Assembly: GCA_965223845.1 (NCBI GenBank)
Contig: CBDCXR010000004.1
Coordinates: 2,656,001-2,720,000 of the forward strand
Length of the DNA: 64,000 nt
Origin: Planctomycetota bacterium
Lineage (GTDB): Bacteria > Planctomycetota > UBA8108 > SXIK01
Direction: 5' to 3'
Made by a program: the position numbers and the translations under genes. The notes beneath the pieces were generated by a model that was not told where the DNA came from, ran no database searches, and saw nothing but the letters and a program-made list of their open reading frames with translations. Numbering within the stretch: the first letter of the stretch is position 1; each line of letters begins with the position of its first letter. Below, piece after piece: positions 40,192-49,962 of the stretch.

Positions 40192-41190
40192 TCACGCCTT
40201 CGCCGATCCCGTTGCCGCCGCGGGCGGCTCGGAAACCGCCCAACAGGCGACCCGATGGCCGTCGCCGTGCTCGACCAGCGACGGACGATCGCGACGGCAG
40301 CGATCCTCGACGAGCGGGCACCGCGCGGCGAACGCGCATCCCGGCGGAGGATCGTAGGGGCTCGGAACATCCCCCTCGAGGACTTCCAGCTCGCGCCGGT
40401 CGTCCGGATCGTTCGGTGGATTCGCGGCGAGCAGCGCGCGGGTATAGGGATGCACGGCCCGTGCGTGAAGCTCCGAGCACGCGAGCGATTCGACGATGCG
40501 ACCGAGATACATCACGACGACCCGGTCGCAGAAGTGTTCGACCACCTTGAGGTCGTGCGAGATGAAGAGAATCGTTAGACCGAGCGCTTCGCGGAGGTCC
40601 GCGAGCAGATTGAGGACCTGCGCCTGGATCGAAACGTCGAGTGCAGAGACCGGTTCGTCCGCAACGAGAAACTCCGGTCGCACCGCGAGCGCTCGCGCGA
40701 TCCCGATGCGCTGCCTTTGCCCCCCAGAGAACTCGTGAGGGTACCGCGGGCGCGCGTCCGGCGACAGACCGACGCTCGCGACGAGCTCCGAGATCCACGC
40801 CTCGCGTTCGGGCGCCGGGACTACGCGGTGGAAATCGACGACCTCGCGGAGCATTCCCTCGACGGTGCGCTTCGGATTGAGTGATGCGTACGGATCCTGG
40901 AACACCATCTGGATCCGGCGGCGGAACGGGAGAAGTGCGGCTCGGCTCTTTCCCGTGATCTCTGTGCCGTCGAACTCAACCGAACCCGACGTCGCGGGGA
41001 TGAGTTGAGTGATCGTCTTTCCGAGCGTCGACTTTCCGCAGCCGGATTCGCCGACGACTCCCAAAGTCTCGCCGCGCTCGACGCTGAACGAGACGCCGGA
41101 TACGGCGTGCACGCGCCGCAGCGTTCGCCCGAGGAGTCCGCCGCGAATTGGAAACGTCTTCACGAGATCGCGGACGCGAAGGAAGCTCAT
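40192..41190 (-). CDS. oppF: Oligopeptide/dipeptide ABC transporter ATP-binding subunit (OppF/DppF-like)
   Basis: GESGCGKST, FSGGQRQR, ADEPVSALD, C-terminal GCAFAARC...VAC. ATGA overlap with the upstream gene. Confidence 0.92.
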   Translation of the reverse strand: MSFLRVRDLVKTFPIRGGLLGRTLRRVHAVSGVSFSVERGETLGVVGESGCGKSTLGKTITQLIPATSGSVEFDGTEITGKSRAALLPFRRRIQMVFQDPYASLNPKRTVEGMLREVVDFHRVVPAPEREAWISELVASVGLSPDARPRYPHEFSGGQRQRIGIARALAVRPEFLVADEPVSALDVSIQAQVLNLLADLREALGLTILFISHDLKVVEHFCDRVVVMYLGRIVESLACSELHARAVHPYTRALLAANPPNDPDDRRELEVLEGDVPSPYDPPPGCAFAARCPLVEDRCRRDRPSLVEHGDGHRVACWAVSEPPAAATGSAKA

Positions 41191-42218
41191 GATCGCGGTT
41201 CCGTTTCGGAACGAAGAGGAAAATGACAGCGCACGGCGCGGCCACCGCCCACCTCCTCGAGCGCCGGAGCCGCCTCGACGCACTGCGGTTCGCGCCGGGG
41301 ACAGCGGTCGTGGAAGCGACACCCCGGAGGAAGCGCAAAGAGCGGCGGTACGACCCCCTCGATGGTCGGGAGGCGCGCGCGGCCTCGCCCCTCGCCCGAT
41401 CGCGGGATCGATTCGAGCAGCGCCTTCGTGTAGGGGTGCTGCGGGCGGTGGAAGAGGTCCCGCACGGGAGCGGCTTCGATGATCCGCCCGGCGTACATGA
41501 CGAGGACACGATCGCACACCTGAGCGACGACTCCGAGATCGTGCGTGATGAGGACGATCGCCGTCTTGAGTCGCCGCTTGAGATCTTCCATCAGGTGCAG
41601 GATCTGCGCCTGAATCGTCACGTCGAGAGCCGTCGTCGGCTCGTCGGCGATGAGCACTTCCGGCTCACAGGAGAGTGCGATCGCGATCATCACCCGCTGG
41701 CGCATCCCGCCCGAGAGCTGGTGCGGGAACTCATCCACGCGGCGTTCGGGCCGCGGGATCTCGACGAGCCGCAGCATTTCGATCGCCCGCGCCCGCCGCT
41801 CGCGCCGGCCGAGATTCGTGTGGTAGCGGAGCGCCTCCTCGATCTGCCACCCGATCGTGAACACTGGATTGAGAGACGACATCGGCTCCTGAAAGATCAT
41901 CGCGATGCGCTTTCCGCGGACACCGCGGAGCTCGCGCTCGCCGACGCGCGTGAGATCCGTATCGCCGAGGAGAACTCGTGCGCTCGGGTCGATCGTAGAG
42001 ACGTGACGGGGAAGGAGGCGAAGGATCGATTTTCCGGTGACGGTCTTGCCGCATCCCGACTCGCCCACGATCCCGAGCGTCTCACCCGGGAACACGTCGA
42101 ACGACACGTCGTCGACGGCCGTCACGTCACCGCGATCCGTGCGGAAGGAGGTCGTGAGCCGGCGTACACTCAAGACCGGCTCGGACGACGTCGGAGCTGG
42201 AGTTTCGGCGGAGCTCAT
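41187..42218 (-). CDS. oppD: Oligopeptide/dipeptide ABC transporter ATP-binding subunit (OppD/DppD-like)
   Basis: GESGCGKT, LSGGMRQR, ADEPTTALD, HPYT, GCRFHDRC. Confidence 0.92.
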   Translation of the reverse strand: MSSAETPAPTSSEPVLSVRRLTTSFRTDRGDVTAVDDVSFDVFPGETLGIVGESGCGKTVTGKSILRLLPRHVSTIDPSARVLLGDTDLTRVGERELRGVRGKRIAMIFQEPMSSLNPVFTIGWQIEEALRYHTNLGRRERRARAIEMLRLVEIPRPERRVDEFPHQLSGGMRQRVMIAIALSCEPEVLIADEPTTALDVTIQAQILHLMEDLKRRLKTAIVLITHDLGVVAQVCDRVLVMYAGRIIEAAPVRDLFHRPQHPYTKALLESIPRSGEGRGRARLPTIEGVVPPLFALPPGCRFHDRCPRREPQCVEAAPALEEVGGGRAVRCHFPLRSETEPRS

Positions 42219-43393
42219 GCGACGTGTTTCGGGTCGAAGGCGTCCTGGAGGGCGTCGGTGAGAACGTTGAACGCGAGGACGAGCCCGAACATGAGGACCG
42301 TCGCGGTTCCGATCTGCCAGAAGAACCCGTTGATCACCTCTTGGCGTGAATGGCTGATCATGATTCCCCAGCTCGGTCCCTCCTTTACCCCGAGATCGAG
42401 AAAGCTGAGGATCACTTCACTTTTGATTGCACCGATGAAGAGAAGTGAAAAGTTGATGAACATGAGGTGAGCCGTGTTCGGGACGACGTGGCGAATCAGG
42501 ATATAGAGCGGCCGGAATCCGACAGCCTGCGCAGCCTGGACGTACTCGAGCTCCCGGATCTTCAACACCTCACCCCGGATCACGCGGCACGGACCGATCC
42601 AAAACGTGAGGCAGAATGCACAGTAGACGGGGATCAAAGTGTTCTCGACGGCGCGCCCCGAGAACATGAAGACGAGCACCAAGAGAAGTACGAGATTCGG
42701 GATCGACGACAGCGTCGAGTAGAGCCAGATCACCGCGTGATCAACGACGCCGCCGAAGTAGGCGGCCGCGGCGCCGAGGAGGCTGCCGAGGATGACCGAT
42801 ACCAACGCGGTGATGGCGCCCACCTCGATCGCAACCTTGATCGAATACACACCGGCCACGGAGATCGATCGACCTTGCCGGTCCGTGCCGAGGAGGGTGC
42901 GAAACGCGTAGCGAAAACCGTCTCCGCCGCGGGGAAGCGGAAAGAGACTCGAGGCGATGGCGTCGAGCTGCTCGACGACTCGTTCGGCGTCTTCTCCCGC
43001 GAGCTCGTCGAACTCATCGAGGGCGTCGAGGGTGGTCTCGAGCTCGTCGACAAGCCTCTCGACCTCCTCGACGCCGATCGATGCGACACGACGTTCGGCG
43101 AGGCGGTAATCCGCGAGTGCGGCGGCGGGATCGTCGCGCTCGAGAAGCGCCGAAATCTCTTCGAGATAGAATTCGGCACGAAGCGCCCGATCCTCGAGGG
43201 ACCCGGTACGAAAGAAACCGGGTGAGCTCGGCGCGCCGACCTTTTCGGTGGCTTCTTCGAGCGTGATGATCCCGAAGAGCCGCACGCCGAGGCCAACGGC
43301 GATGTAAGCCGCGACGACGACGAGAGCCACGACCGCCAGTCGATTGCGGAGCAGCCTACGCACGCCTCGCGACCGCGCCAGCGCCCGCATCAT
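42215..43393 (-). CDS. oppC: Oligopeptide ABC transporter permease (OppC/DppC-like) with an enlarged extracytoplasmic loop
   Basis: LLGTDRQGRS, EYVQAAQAVG EAA loop, HVVPN, DALQDAFDPK. Confidence 0.9.
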   Translation of the reverse strand: MMRALARSRGVRRLLRNRLAVVALVVVAAYIAVGLGVRLFGIITLEEATEKVGAPSSPGFFRTGSLEDRALRAEFYLEEISALLERDDPAAALADYRLAERRVASIGVEEVERLVDELETTLDALDEFDELAGEDAERVVEQLDAIASSLFPLPRGGDGFRYAFRTLLGTDRQGRSISVAGVYSIKVAIEVGAITALVSVILGSLLGAAAAYFGGVVDHAVIWLYSTLSSIPNLVLLLVLVFMFSGRAVENTLIPVYCAFCLTFWIGPCRVIRGEVLKIRELEYVQAAQAVGFRPLYILIRHVVPNTAHLMFINFSLLFIGAIKSEVILSFLDLGVKEGPSWGIMISHSRQEVINGFFWQIGTATVLMFGLVLAFNVLTDALQDAFDPKHVA

Positions 43394-44349
43394 GAGAGCC
43401 GCACCCGCGGGTCGACGATCGCGTAGAGAACGTCCGTCAGGATGTTCGAAACGATAAAGACACCGGCAAACACCGACGTAAAGACTTCGACGACGGGGAA
43501 GTCTCGCGCGGAGATCGCCGCGAGCAGAGTTCGTCCCATCCCCGGGATATTGAAGAACGATTCGAGGAGGATCGAACCGGTGATGAGAAAGGGGAGGGTC
43601 GTCATCACTCGCGTCACGATGGGAATCATCGCGTTTTTCAGCATGTGGACGAAGAGGATGCGGCCCTCACCCGCTCCCTTCGCGCGTGCAGTCGTGATGT
43701 ATTCGCGGTGGCACTCCTCCACCATCACCGCGCGGTAGAAGCGTGTGTCGTAGCCGAGCGCCACGATGACGCTGATGAGGACCGGGAGGAGGCAGTAGTG
43801 GAGCCAGTTCTCCGCTCCGGGTTCGAATCCCTCGACCGCGAAGAGCTCGTTCCCCGGACCGAGCGCCTCGTTGAGCCGGAACGCAGCGAAGTATTGGCCG
43901 AGAATGATGTAAACGAGAAAGCTGATGCTCATGCCGAGCACGGACGCTGTGACGAGCGCGCGATCGATGGCGCGTCCACGGAAGTGAGTCGAGACGAGCC
44001 CGATGACGATCGCGATCAGAGTCGTGAGCGCGAGCGCCGGGAGAGTGATCATGAGGCTCGGCACGGCGGCGGACGCGAGTAGCTCGCCGGCGGTCGCCCC
44101 GGGGTTGTCCCAGCTCTCCGCAGAGAAGTCGAGCCTCACGATGCGCCCGAGAAACTGCGTGTATTGGACGAAAAACGGCCGGTCGAGGCCCATGCGCGCC
44201 GCGAACTCGTCATACTGCTCCTGGCGTGCGTTCTTTCCTAGGAACGCCCAGACGGGGTCGTTCACCCGAAGCGCCGCCATGAGGACGAGGAGGATCCCGA
44301 GATAGACGGGAACGTTGTAGAGCAGGCGACGAAGGATGTAGATCCACAC
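43390..44349 (-). CDS. oppB: Oligopeptide ABC transporter permease (OppB/DppB-like)
   Basis: YILRRL, GLDRP..VQY, YITTARAKG, HMLKNA, DVLYAIVDPRVR. Confidence 0.92.
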   Translation of the reverse strand: MWIYILRRLLYNVPVYLGILLVLMAALRVNDPVWAFLGKNARQEQYDEFAARMGLDRPFFVQYTQFLGRIVRLDFSAESWDNPGATAGELLASAAVPSLMITLPALALTTLIAIVIGLVSTHFRGRAIDRALVTASVLGMSISFLVYIILGQYFAAFRLNEALGPGNELFAVEGFEPGAENWLHYCLLPVLISVIVALGYDTRFYRAVMVEECHREYITTARAKGAGEGRILFVHMLKNAMIPIVTRVMTTLPFLITGSILLESFFNIPGMGRTLLAAISARDFPVVEVFTSVFAGVFIVSNILTDVLYAIVDPRVRLS

Positions 44350-44470
44350 GCGCGCGACTCCCGGTCAGTCGGCCGACGATCAAGCTGCCGCGAGGAAGGT
44401 CCAAAGACTAACGAATCGCGTTCGCGCCGGCAAGAGTTCCACGCGTCGCCTCGCCGCGCGACAACCGCGC

Positions 44471-45691
44471 TCACTCACGAGTCTTCGTGAGCGTGAACCG
44501 GTCGATTTCGATGTCGCCGATGCGCCGCGCACTGAAGACGAACTCGTCGACGGTCGCCTCCACCAGACAGAAGTGGTGAACGCTCGCCGAGATGATCGTG
44601 AACGCGCTCGTCCCGCTCGCGTAAAGCCCTCGTCCACCTCCGCCCGTGACGACGTAGATCGATCCCTCCGCGTCGTGGATCGTGAACGAGGACGCCGTAG
44701 GTCGAACGACCTGGCCGCGAATCGGAGCCGTTCGCTCGTAGTTGTGGTCATGACCGGCGAAAACGACGTCGACGCGGTGCTCGTCGAGGAGCGCGCCGAG
44801 CGTCGCCTGGAGCTCGACGTCACTTCCGTGGAGCGATGAGCTGTACGGCGGGTGATGGAGATAGACGACCGTCCATGCGGCGTCACTCGCTCCGAGGTCG
44901 AGGTCAAGCCACTCGAACTGCGTGCTGCCCGGCGCCAGGCTCACGTTCGAGTTGAGCGCGACGAAGTGGACCGGCCCATAGTCGAACGAGTAGAAGCTCT
45001 CCGTCGCGTCGGCGCTGTTCGTCGGCAGATAGAGCGCTTCGAGTAGCGGTCGACCTCCCGCGGAGCGGACGTCGTGATTCCCGAGGCACGGGTAGAACGG
45101 TACGTGATCGATGAAGTCCGCGTAGGGTTCGAAGTAGTGCGGCCGGATCTCGTGCGGGGCGCCGCTCGAATAGACGACGTCTCCCGTGATGAGGACGAGA
45201 TCGGGATCCGTCGCCGCCGCGAGCGACGCCACTTCGAGCTGTTCCCGGCTGCCGGTCCCCGAATCGCCCCAGACGGCGAAGCGAGCACGCCCGGTTCCTT
45301 CGAGAGGTGCGGTACGAAACGAGCGCGAGCCGCCGACGATCTCGTCGTCCATCCAGATGCGATAGAAGTACGTCGATTCCGTTTCGAGGCCAGACAGCGC
45401 GAAGACGTGCTCCTTCCCTATCGAAGGCGCGGCGACGGGCTCCGACCACTCCTCGCCCGGCGCCGCGAGCTCGAGTCGACCCTCGCTCTCGACACTCGTC
45501 CGCCAGGCGACCACGATCGATGTCGGTGTGACGAGCGCGATCTGCGGCCCCGCGCTCACTTCGCGCGGGACGAGACCGGTTGTACCGGATCCGCCGCCGC
45601 ATGCGGCGAGAATCAGGGTGAGCGCCCAGACGAAGGGCCGAGATCGTCCGTTCGCTCGAACTCGACGCGGCAGTTCCACGTATCGACTCAC
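44471..45691 (-). CDS. Purple-acid-phosphatase-type metallophosphoesterase lipoprotein with an Fn3-like N-domain
   Basis: Lipobox LILAAC. All five PAP motifs: GDSG, GDVVY, GNHD, VYLH, GHDH. GTGA overlap with the oppA stop. Confidence 0.9.
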   Translation of the reverse strand: MSRYVELPRRVRANGRSRPFVWALTLILAACGGGSGTTGLVPREVSAGPQIALVTPTSIVVAWRTSVESEGRLELAAPGEEWSEPVAAPSIGKEHVFALSGLETESTYFYRIWMDDEIVGGSRSFRTAPLEGTGRARFAVWGDSGTGSREQLEVASLAAATDPDLVLITGDVVYSSGAPHEIRPHYFEPYADFIDHVPFYPCLGNHDVRSAGGRPLLEALYLPTNSADATESFYSFDYGPVHFVALNSNVSLAPGSTQFEWLDLDLGASDAAWTVVYLHHPPYSSSLHGSDVELQATLGALLDEHRVDVVFAGHDHNYERTAPIRGQVVRPTASSFTIHDAEGSIYVVTGGGGRGLYASGTSAFTIISASVHHFCLVEATVDEFVFSARRIGDIEIDRFTLTKTRE

Positions 45692-47487
45692 TCCTCGACG
45701 TCGATGTACTTCACCCAATCGTAGAACGTCTCCGTGGGCTTGAAGTTCTTGAGCCGGGAGTGCGCCAGGTAGAAGCGTGTCCGCGCCATCGAACCGCAGA
45801 ACGGAGCGTCTGCCATCACGAGGTCTCGCATTTTCTCAGCGAGCGCGGTGCGCTCGGGAGACGGCTCCATCACGAGGAGCTTTTCGTAGAGGGCATCGTA
45901 GTCCGCGTTCTTGTAGTTCGAGTGGTTCGATCCCGGTGCCTCGTTGGGCCCGTAGAAGAGGGCGAGATTGTTCTCGGCGTCCGGATAGTCAGACGACCAT
46001 GCGAATGTGAAGAAGGGAGCTTTCTTGTTCGATATCGCTTCGATCAGCGAGGAAAAATTGAGGAGGCGCGGACGGAGCTTGATCCCGATCTCGCCGAGCT
46101 GGCGCTGGACCGCCTCCGATTGCTCCTTCGAGTTTGCGGCAGTGCTCGTGTAATAGTCGAGCGCGGGCAGCCCCTTCCCACCGGGATATCCGGCCTCCGC
46201 GAGCAGGCTCCGTGCGCGGTCGACGTCGCGCGTGCGGTAGCTGATCGGACCTTCGCCATTCGACGGATGGCCATCGAGCCCCGGCGGGATCATTCCATCG
46301 TAGACAACGTTGATCGAGTTGTAGAAGAGTCGATTCTGCTCGTTCCAGTCGAGAGCGAGCGCGATCGCCTGCCGGAGTGCCCGCTTCTCTTTCGTGTACC
46401 CGCCGAGCACGGGATCTTCCATATTGAACGCACGGAAGATGAAATCGAGGAGTGGAACGGCGTAGCTTCGGATGTCCTCGCGCCGGAACGATCGTCTCAG
46501 TTTTCGCGTTCGCGGCGAGAACGCCGCAGTGAAGTTTTCCGCCGGCACCTGGGAGTAGTCGAGCTTCTTCGCGCGAAACTGAAGCCACATCGGCTGATCT
46601 TGGATGAAAAACGTCAGCTCGACGCGATCGAGAAACGGGATTCGTTTTCCCGCCGGCAAGTGAAGCCCTTCCTCCCTGTCCGCGGGCATGTGCTCGGTCG
46701 GGTAATAGCACTCGTGGTAATTCGGGTTGCGGATGAACGTCATCCCCTGGTTCGCTTTCCAGTCGGATTCCGCGAGTGTAAACGGTCCGGTTCCGACCGG
46801 ATGTCGGCCGAATCTCGTGCCGTACTTCTCGACGGCTTCTCTCGGCACTACCGACGTTTGAAACATCGCGAGAGTCCAGAGAAAGCGGTAGTACGGCTTC
46901 GTCAACCGGACTTCGAATTTTCGCTCGTCGATGATGCGGAGCCCCTCCACCGACGCATCATAGTCGAAGGTCGCCACTGCGTTTTGGGTCTCGCGGTAGG
47001 CGTCGAAGCCGACGATCGATCCCTCAAAGAGCCACCACGACTTCGGCAGGTTGTCGCTATCCGCCATCCGCTTCCACGAATAGACGACGTCGCGCGATGT
47101 GATCTCGCGCCCTTTCCCGTTCGGAAAGCACGGATCGTCGTGAAACCGAACGCCGGACTTCAGGCGAAACGAGTACGTAAGCCCGTCCTCAGATCGCGTC
47201 GGCATCGACTCTAGAAGGAGCGGCTCGAGGGCGTACGGGCGCACCAGGTATTTGTACTGAAGGAGAGGTTCGTACACCATCGACGCGCAGCGATTGTCGT
47301 AGGTGGTCGACCCGCGCACGGGGTCGAGCGACTTCGGTCCATCGGCTCGGAGTGGGAGTCGGGCGATCTTCTCGGCGGCAACGGACGGCGAGACGAAGAG
47401 GCCGGCGGCGATCGCGACGCACACCGCGGTTCGGAAGAAGGAGTGGAGGCGAGGGCCCGTGGTGCGCCCGGGAGGGTGATCGTTCAT
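45688..47487 (-). CDS. oppA: ABC transporter substrate-binding protein, family 5 (OppA/DppA-like)
   Basis: Signal peptide, SLDP, YEPLL, DGLTYSFRLK.GV.FHD, PVGTGPF, RQAIALA, W..DYPD. Confidence 0.9.
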   Translation of the reverse strand: MNDHPPGRTTGPRLHSFFRTAVCVAIAAGLFVSPSVAAEKIARLPLRADGPKSLDPVRGSTTYDNRCASMVYEPLLQYKYLVRPYALEPLLLESMPTRSEDGLTYSFRLKSGVRFHDDPCFPNGKGREITSRDVVYSWKRMADSDNLPKSWWLFEGSIVGFDAYRETQNAVATFDYDASVEGLRIIDERKFEVRLTKPYYRFLWTLAMFQTSVVPREAVEKYGTRFGRHPVGTGPFTLAESDWKANQGMTFIRNPNYHECYYPTEHMPADREEGLHLPAGKRIPFLDRVELTFFIQDQPMWLQFRAKKLDYSQVPAENFTAAFSPRTRKLRRSFRREDIRSYAVPLLDFIFRAFNMEDPVLGGYTKEKRALRQAIALALDWNEQNRLFYNSINVVYDGMIPPGLDGHPSNGEGPISYRTRDVDRARSLLAEAGYPGGKGLPALDYYTSTAANSKEQSEAVQRQLGEIGIKLRPRLLNFSSLIEAISNKKAPFFTFAWSSDYPDAENNLALFYGPNEAPGSNHSNYKNADYDALYEKLLVMEPSPERTALAEKMRDLVMADAPFCGSMARTRFYLAHSRLKNFKPTETFYDWVKYIDVEE

Positions 47488-47667
47488 GTGCGACTCCGAG
47501 TTGAGAGCAGCGCGAGGAAGTGAATCGGTCCGAATCGACCGTGCGCATACGGCCGAGCCGACACGCGGCGCCGGCGACTCGACGGGCGAGCTCGCGCGCG
47601 GCCTCCTCGGTGAGACGGAACGAGCGAGGCTCGGATTCAACCCTACGCAATCATCGGCCAGCCAGGC

Positions 47668-48687
47668 TCAGGAATACTGAAGAACCGCCTTTACTACGCC
47701 GGCGGAAGGATCGATCCAGCCGGGAAATTCTCCGACGAGCGAGTCGCGGTCGGCTCGGTGCGTGATCCAGGCGGAAGTGCGAACGGATCCGTCTTCGAGG
47801 GCCTTGAGGATGCGCTCAAAGTCGGACGCGAGCGAGTTTCTCGTCGCCAGGAGGGTCAACTCCCGGCGGTGAAACTCGGGATCGTCGAACGCAAGACGCC
47901 CCTGCACGAGCCCGACGACGACAAGCTTACCGGTACTCGCAACTAGCTCGAAGGACGCCTCCATCGACGGCCGACTTCCCGTTGCATCGAAGACGACACT
48001 CGGAAGCTCGCCGCCGTTCGCCTCGCGAAGTCGGTCGACGATGCCTTCGCCGCCCGAGATCGCCGCGTCGATCGCAAAATGCTCGCCCGCGAATCGGCGC
48101 CGCGACTCGCTGAGGTCGGCGACGATTACGCGTGCGCCGGCGAGAGTCGCGAACTGAACGACCGAAAGCCCGATCGGCCCGGCCCCGATGATGAGCGCCG
48201 ACTCCCCCGCTTCGATTCGAGCGCGCGCGACCGCGTGAGCACCGATGCCGAGCGTCTCGACGAGCGCGAGCTCATCGAAGGAGAGCGTCTCCGATCGGTG
48301 CAGCTTCGTGACAGGAATCTTGATGCGCTCTCGCATTCCCCCGTCGGTGTGAACGCCGAGGACTCGCAAGCGCCCGCAGCAATTCGTCCGTCCGCGGCGG
48401 CAGGCGAAGCATCTTCCGCAGTGGAGGTAGGGCTCGACCGCGCAACGATCACCCACCCGAATGCCTCGTTCGTTTCGACCGACCTCCAAGACCTCGACCC
48501 CGAGTTCGTGGCCGAGGATGCGCGGGTAGGAAAAGAACGGCTGCTCGCCGCGAAACGCGTGGAGGTCCGTACCGCAAATGCCGACGCGACGAATCGCGAC
48601 GATCGCATCTCCCGCCTCCGGCGGCTCCGGTTCTCGGGTGTCCTCGATCGCGAATCGGCCGGGCTCTTCGAGAATGATGGTATGCAT
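47668..48687 (-). CDS. Zn-dependent dehydrogenase, L-galactonate 5-dehydrogenase (LgoD/YjjN)-like
   Basis: GICGTDLHAFRGEQPFFSYPRILGHE, CGRCFACRRGRTNCC, LGVHTDGGM, GAGPIG, FHRRELTLLATRNS. Confidence 0.85.
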   Translation of the reverse strand: MHTIILEEPGRFAIEDTREPEPPEAGDAIVAIRRVGICGTDLHAFRGEQPFFSYPRILGHELGVEVLEVGRNERGIRVGDRCAVEPYLHCGRCFACRRGRTNCCGRLRVLGVHTDGGMRERIKIPVTKLHRSETLSFDELALVETLGIGAHAVARARIEAGESALIIGAGPIGLSVVQFATLAGARVIVADLSESRRRFAGEHFAIDAAISGGEGIVDRLREANGGELPSVVFDATGSRPSMEASFELVASTGKLVVVGLVQGRLAFDDPEFHRRELTLLATRNSLASDFERILKALEDGSVRTSAWITHRADRDSLVGEFPGWIDPSAGVVKAVLQYS

Positions 48688-48766
48688 GTGGCTTCGCCGT
48701 TTCTCTTCCGCTGACGTTCGCGCGTTCCCTCGTCTCGCCCCGGCCCGGTCCCATTCTCTCCGAAGG

Positions 48767-49756
48767 TCACGCCGAGTCCGAGTGCGTTTCGAGTCCGTTC
48801 ACCGATCCGTCGCCGGCCGGTGGCGGATCGCGATTCTCCGGCCGGCCAGACGGCCAGATGCGATCGCGCCAAGCTCCGAACGCAGTCCGCACCTCCGCGA
48901 CGAGCTCGACGTCGAGAGGCTGCGCAACGATCGAACGATTCTCGGCGACTTCCCGAGCGCTCGCGATCCCGACGAGCGTCGTGGCGATGCCGGCGCATTC
49001 CACCGAGTACCGCAGAGCGAGTGCGGCGATGGAAACGCCCCGTCGGCGGCACCGTTCAGCGGCTCGACGAGCCGCAGCGCGGAGCTCCTCCGGCGCGGGA
49101 TGCCACGTTGGCGGCCCCTCGTCCGTGAGGAGACCCATCGCGAGGGGCGAGGCGTTGATCACCCCGACATCCCGTTCGTCGAAGTACGGAAGCGCCGCCG
49201 CGAGCGACGCGTCGTGGAGGGTATGCCGGCAGTACGACAGCACGCAATCGACCGGTGCAGCATCGACGATGCGACGGAGTGCCTGAAGCGGGAGGCCCGA
49301 GATCCCGATGGAGCGAACCTTCCCCTCTCGCCGCAGCTCGCGAAGCGCCGGCAGAGCCTCCGCGAGAATCACCCGCGCATCGACGAACTCGACGTCGTGG
49401 CACTGGATGAGGTCGATGGTCCCGATCCCGAGACGTGAGAGGCTCTCGTCGACGCTCTGCTTCACTCGCGCGGCGCTGAAGTCGAACTCGTCGAGGCCGT
49501 AACGCCCGACCTTCGTCGCGACGAGGTAGCTCTCGCGCGGAATGCCGCGGAGCGCGCGGCCGAGCACGGACTCCGCGCGCGTGTCGCCGTAATAAGGAGC
49601 GACGTCGAAGAAATTGATTCCGTGATCGATTGCGCATCTCACCGCACGCGCCGCTTCGCGCTCGTCGACTTCCCCGAACACTCCGCCGAGCGGTGACGCT
49701 CCGAACGAGAGCGGCGATACCGACATGTCGGTCGCGCCGATGCGGCGGTACTCCAT
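48767..49756 (-). CDS. Aldo/keto reductase, L-galactose 1-dehydrogenase-like
   Basis: FGASPLGGVF, GINFFDVAPYYG, ATKVGRY..FDFSA.RV..SVDESL.RL, CHDVEF, GISGLPL, WHPA, recalled as close to plant L-galactose dehydrogenase. Confidence 0.85.
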   Translation of the reverse strand: MEYRRIGATDMSVSPLSFGASPLGGVFGEVDEREAARAVRCAIDHGINFFDVAPYYGDTRAESVLGRALRGIPRESYLVATKVGRYGLDEFDFSAARVKQSVDESLSRLGIGTIDLIQCHDVEFVDARVILAEALPALRELRREGKVRSIGISGLPLQALRRIVDAAPVDCVLSYCRHTLHDASLAAALPYFDERDVGVINASPLAMGLLTDEGPPTWHPAPEELRAAARRAAERCRRRGVSIAALALRYSVECAGIATTLVGIASAREVAENRSIVAQPLDVELVAEVRTAFGAWRDRIWPSGRPENRDPPPAGDGSVNGLETHSDSA

Positions 49757-49962
49757 CGCTGGGACACTGTGCGCGGGTGACGTCCGAGCCGCTGTTCGCG
49801 GAGCCTCGGCGCGAGGGGGCGGGCGGGTCGACGACCACCGTCGACGAGGGCGATCTCGAGAGCGTAGCAGAGGTCGCGGCGCTTCTCCACCGCACCGGAT
49901 CGAGTCCGGCGATAGAATCACACCGCGATGCTACCCACGAATCTCCGAAATGGACGGCCTCC

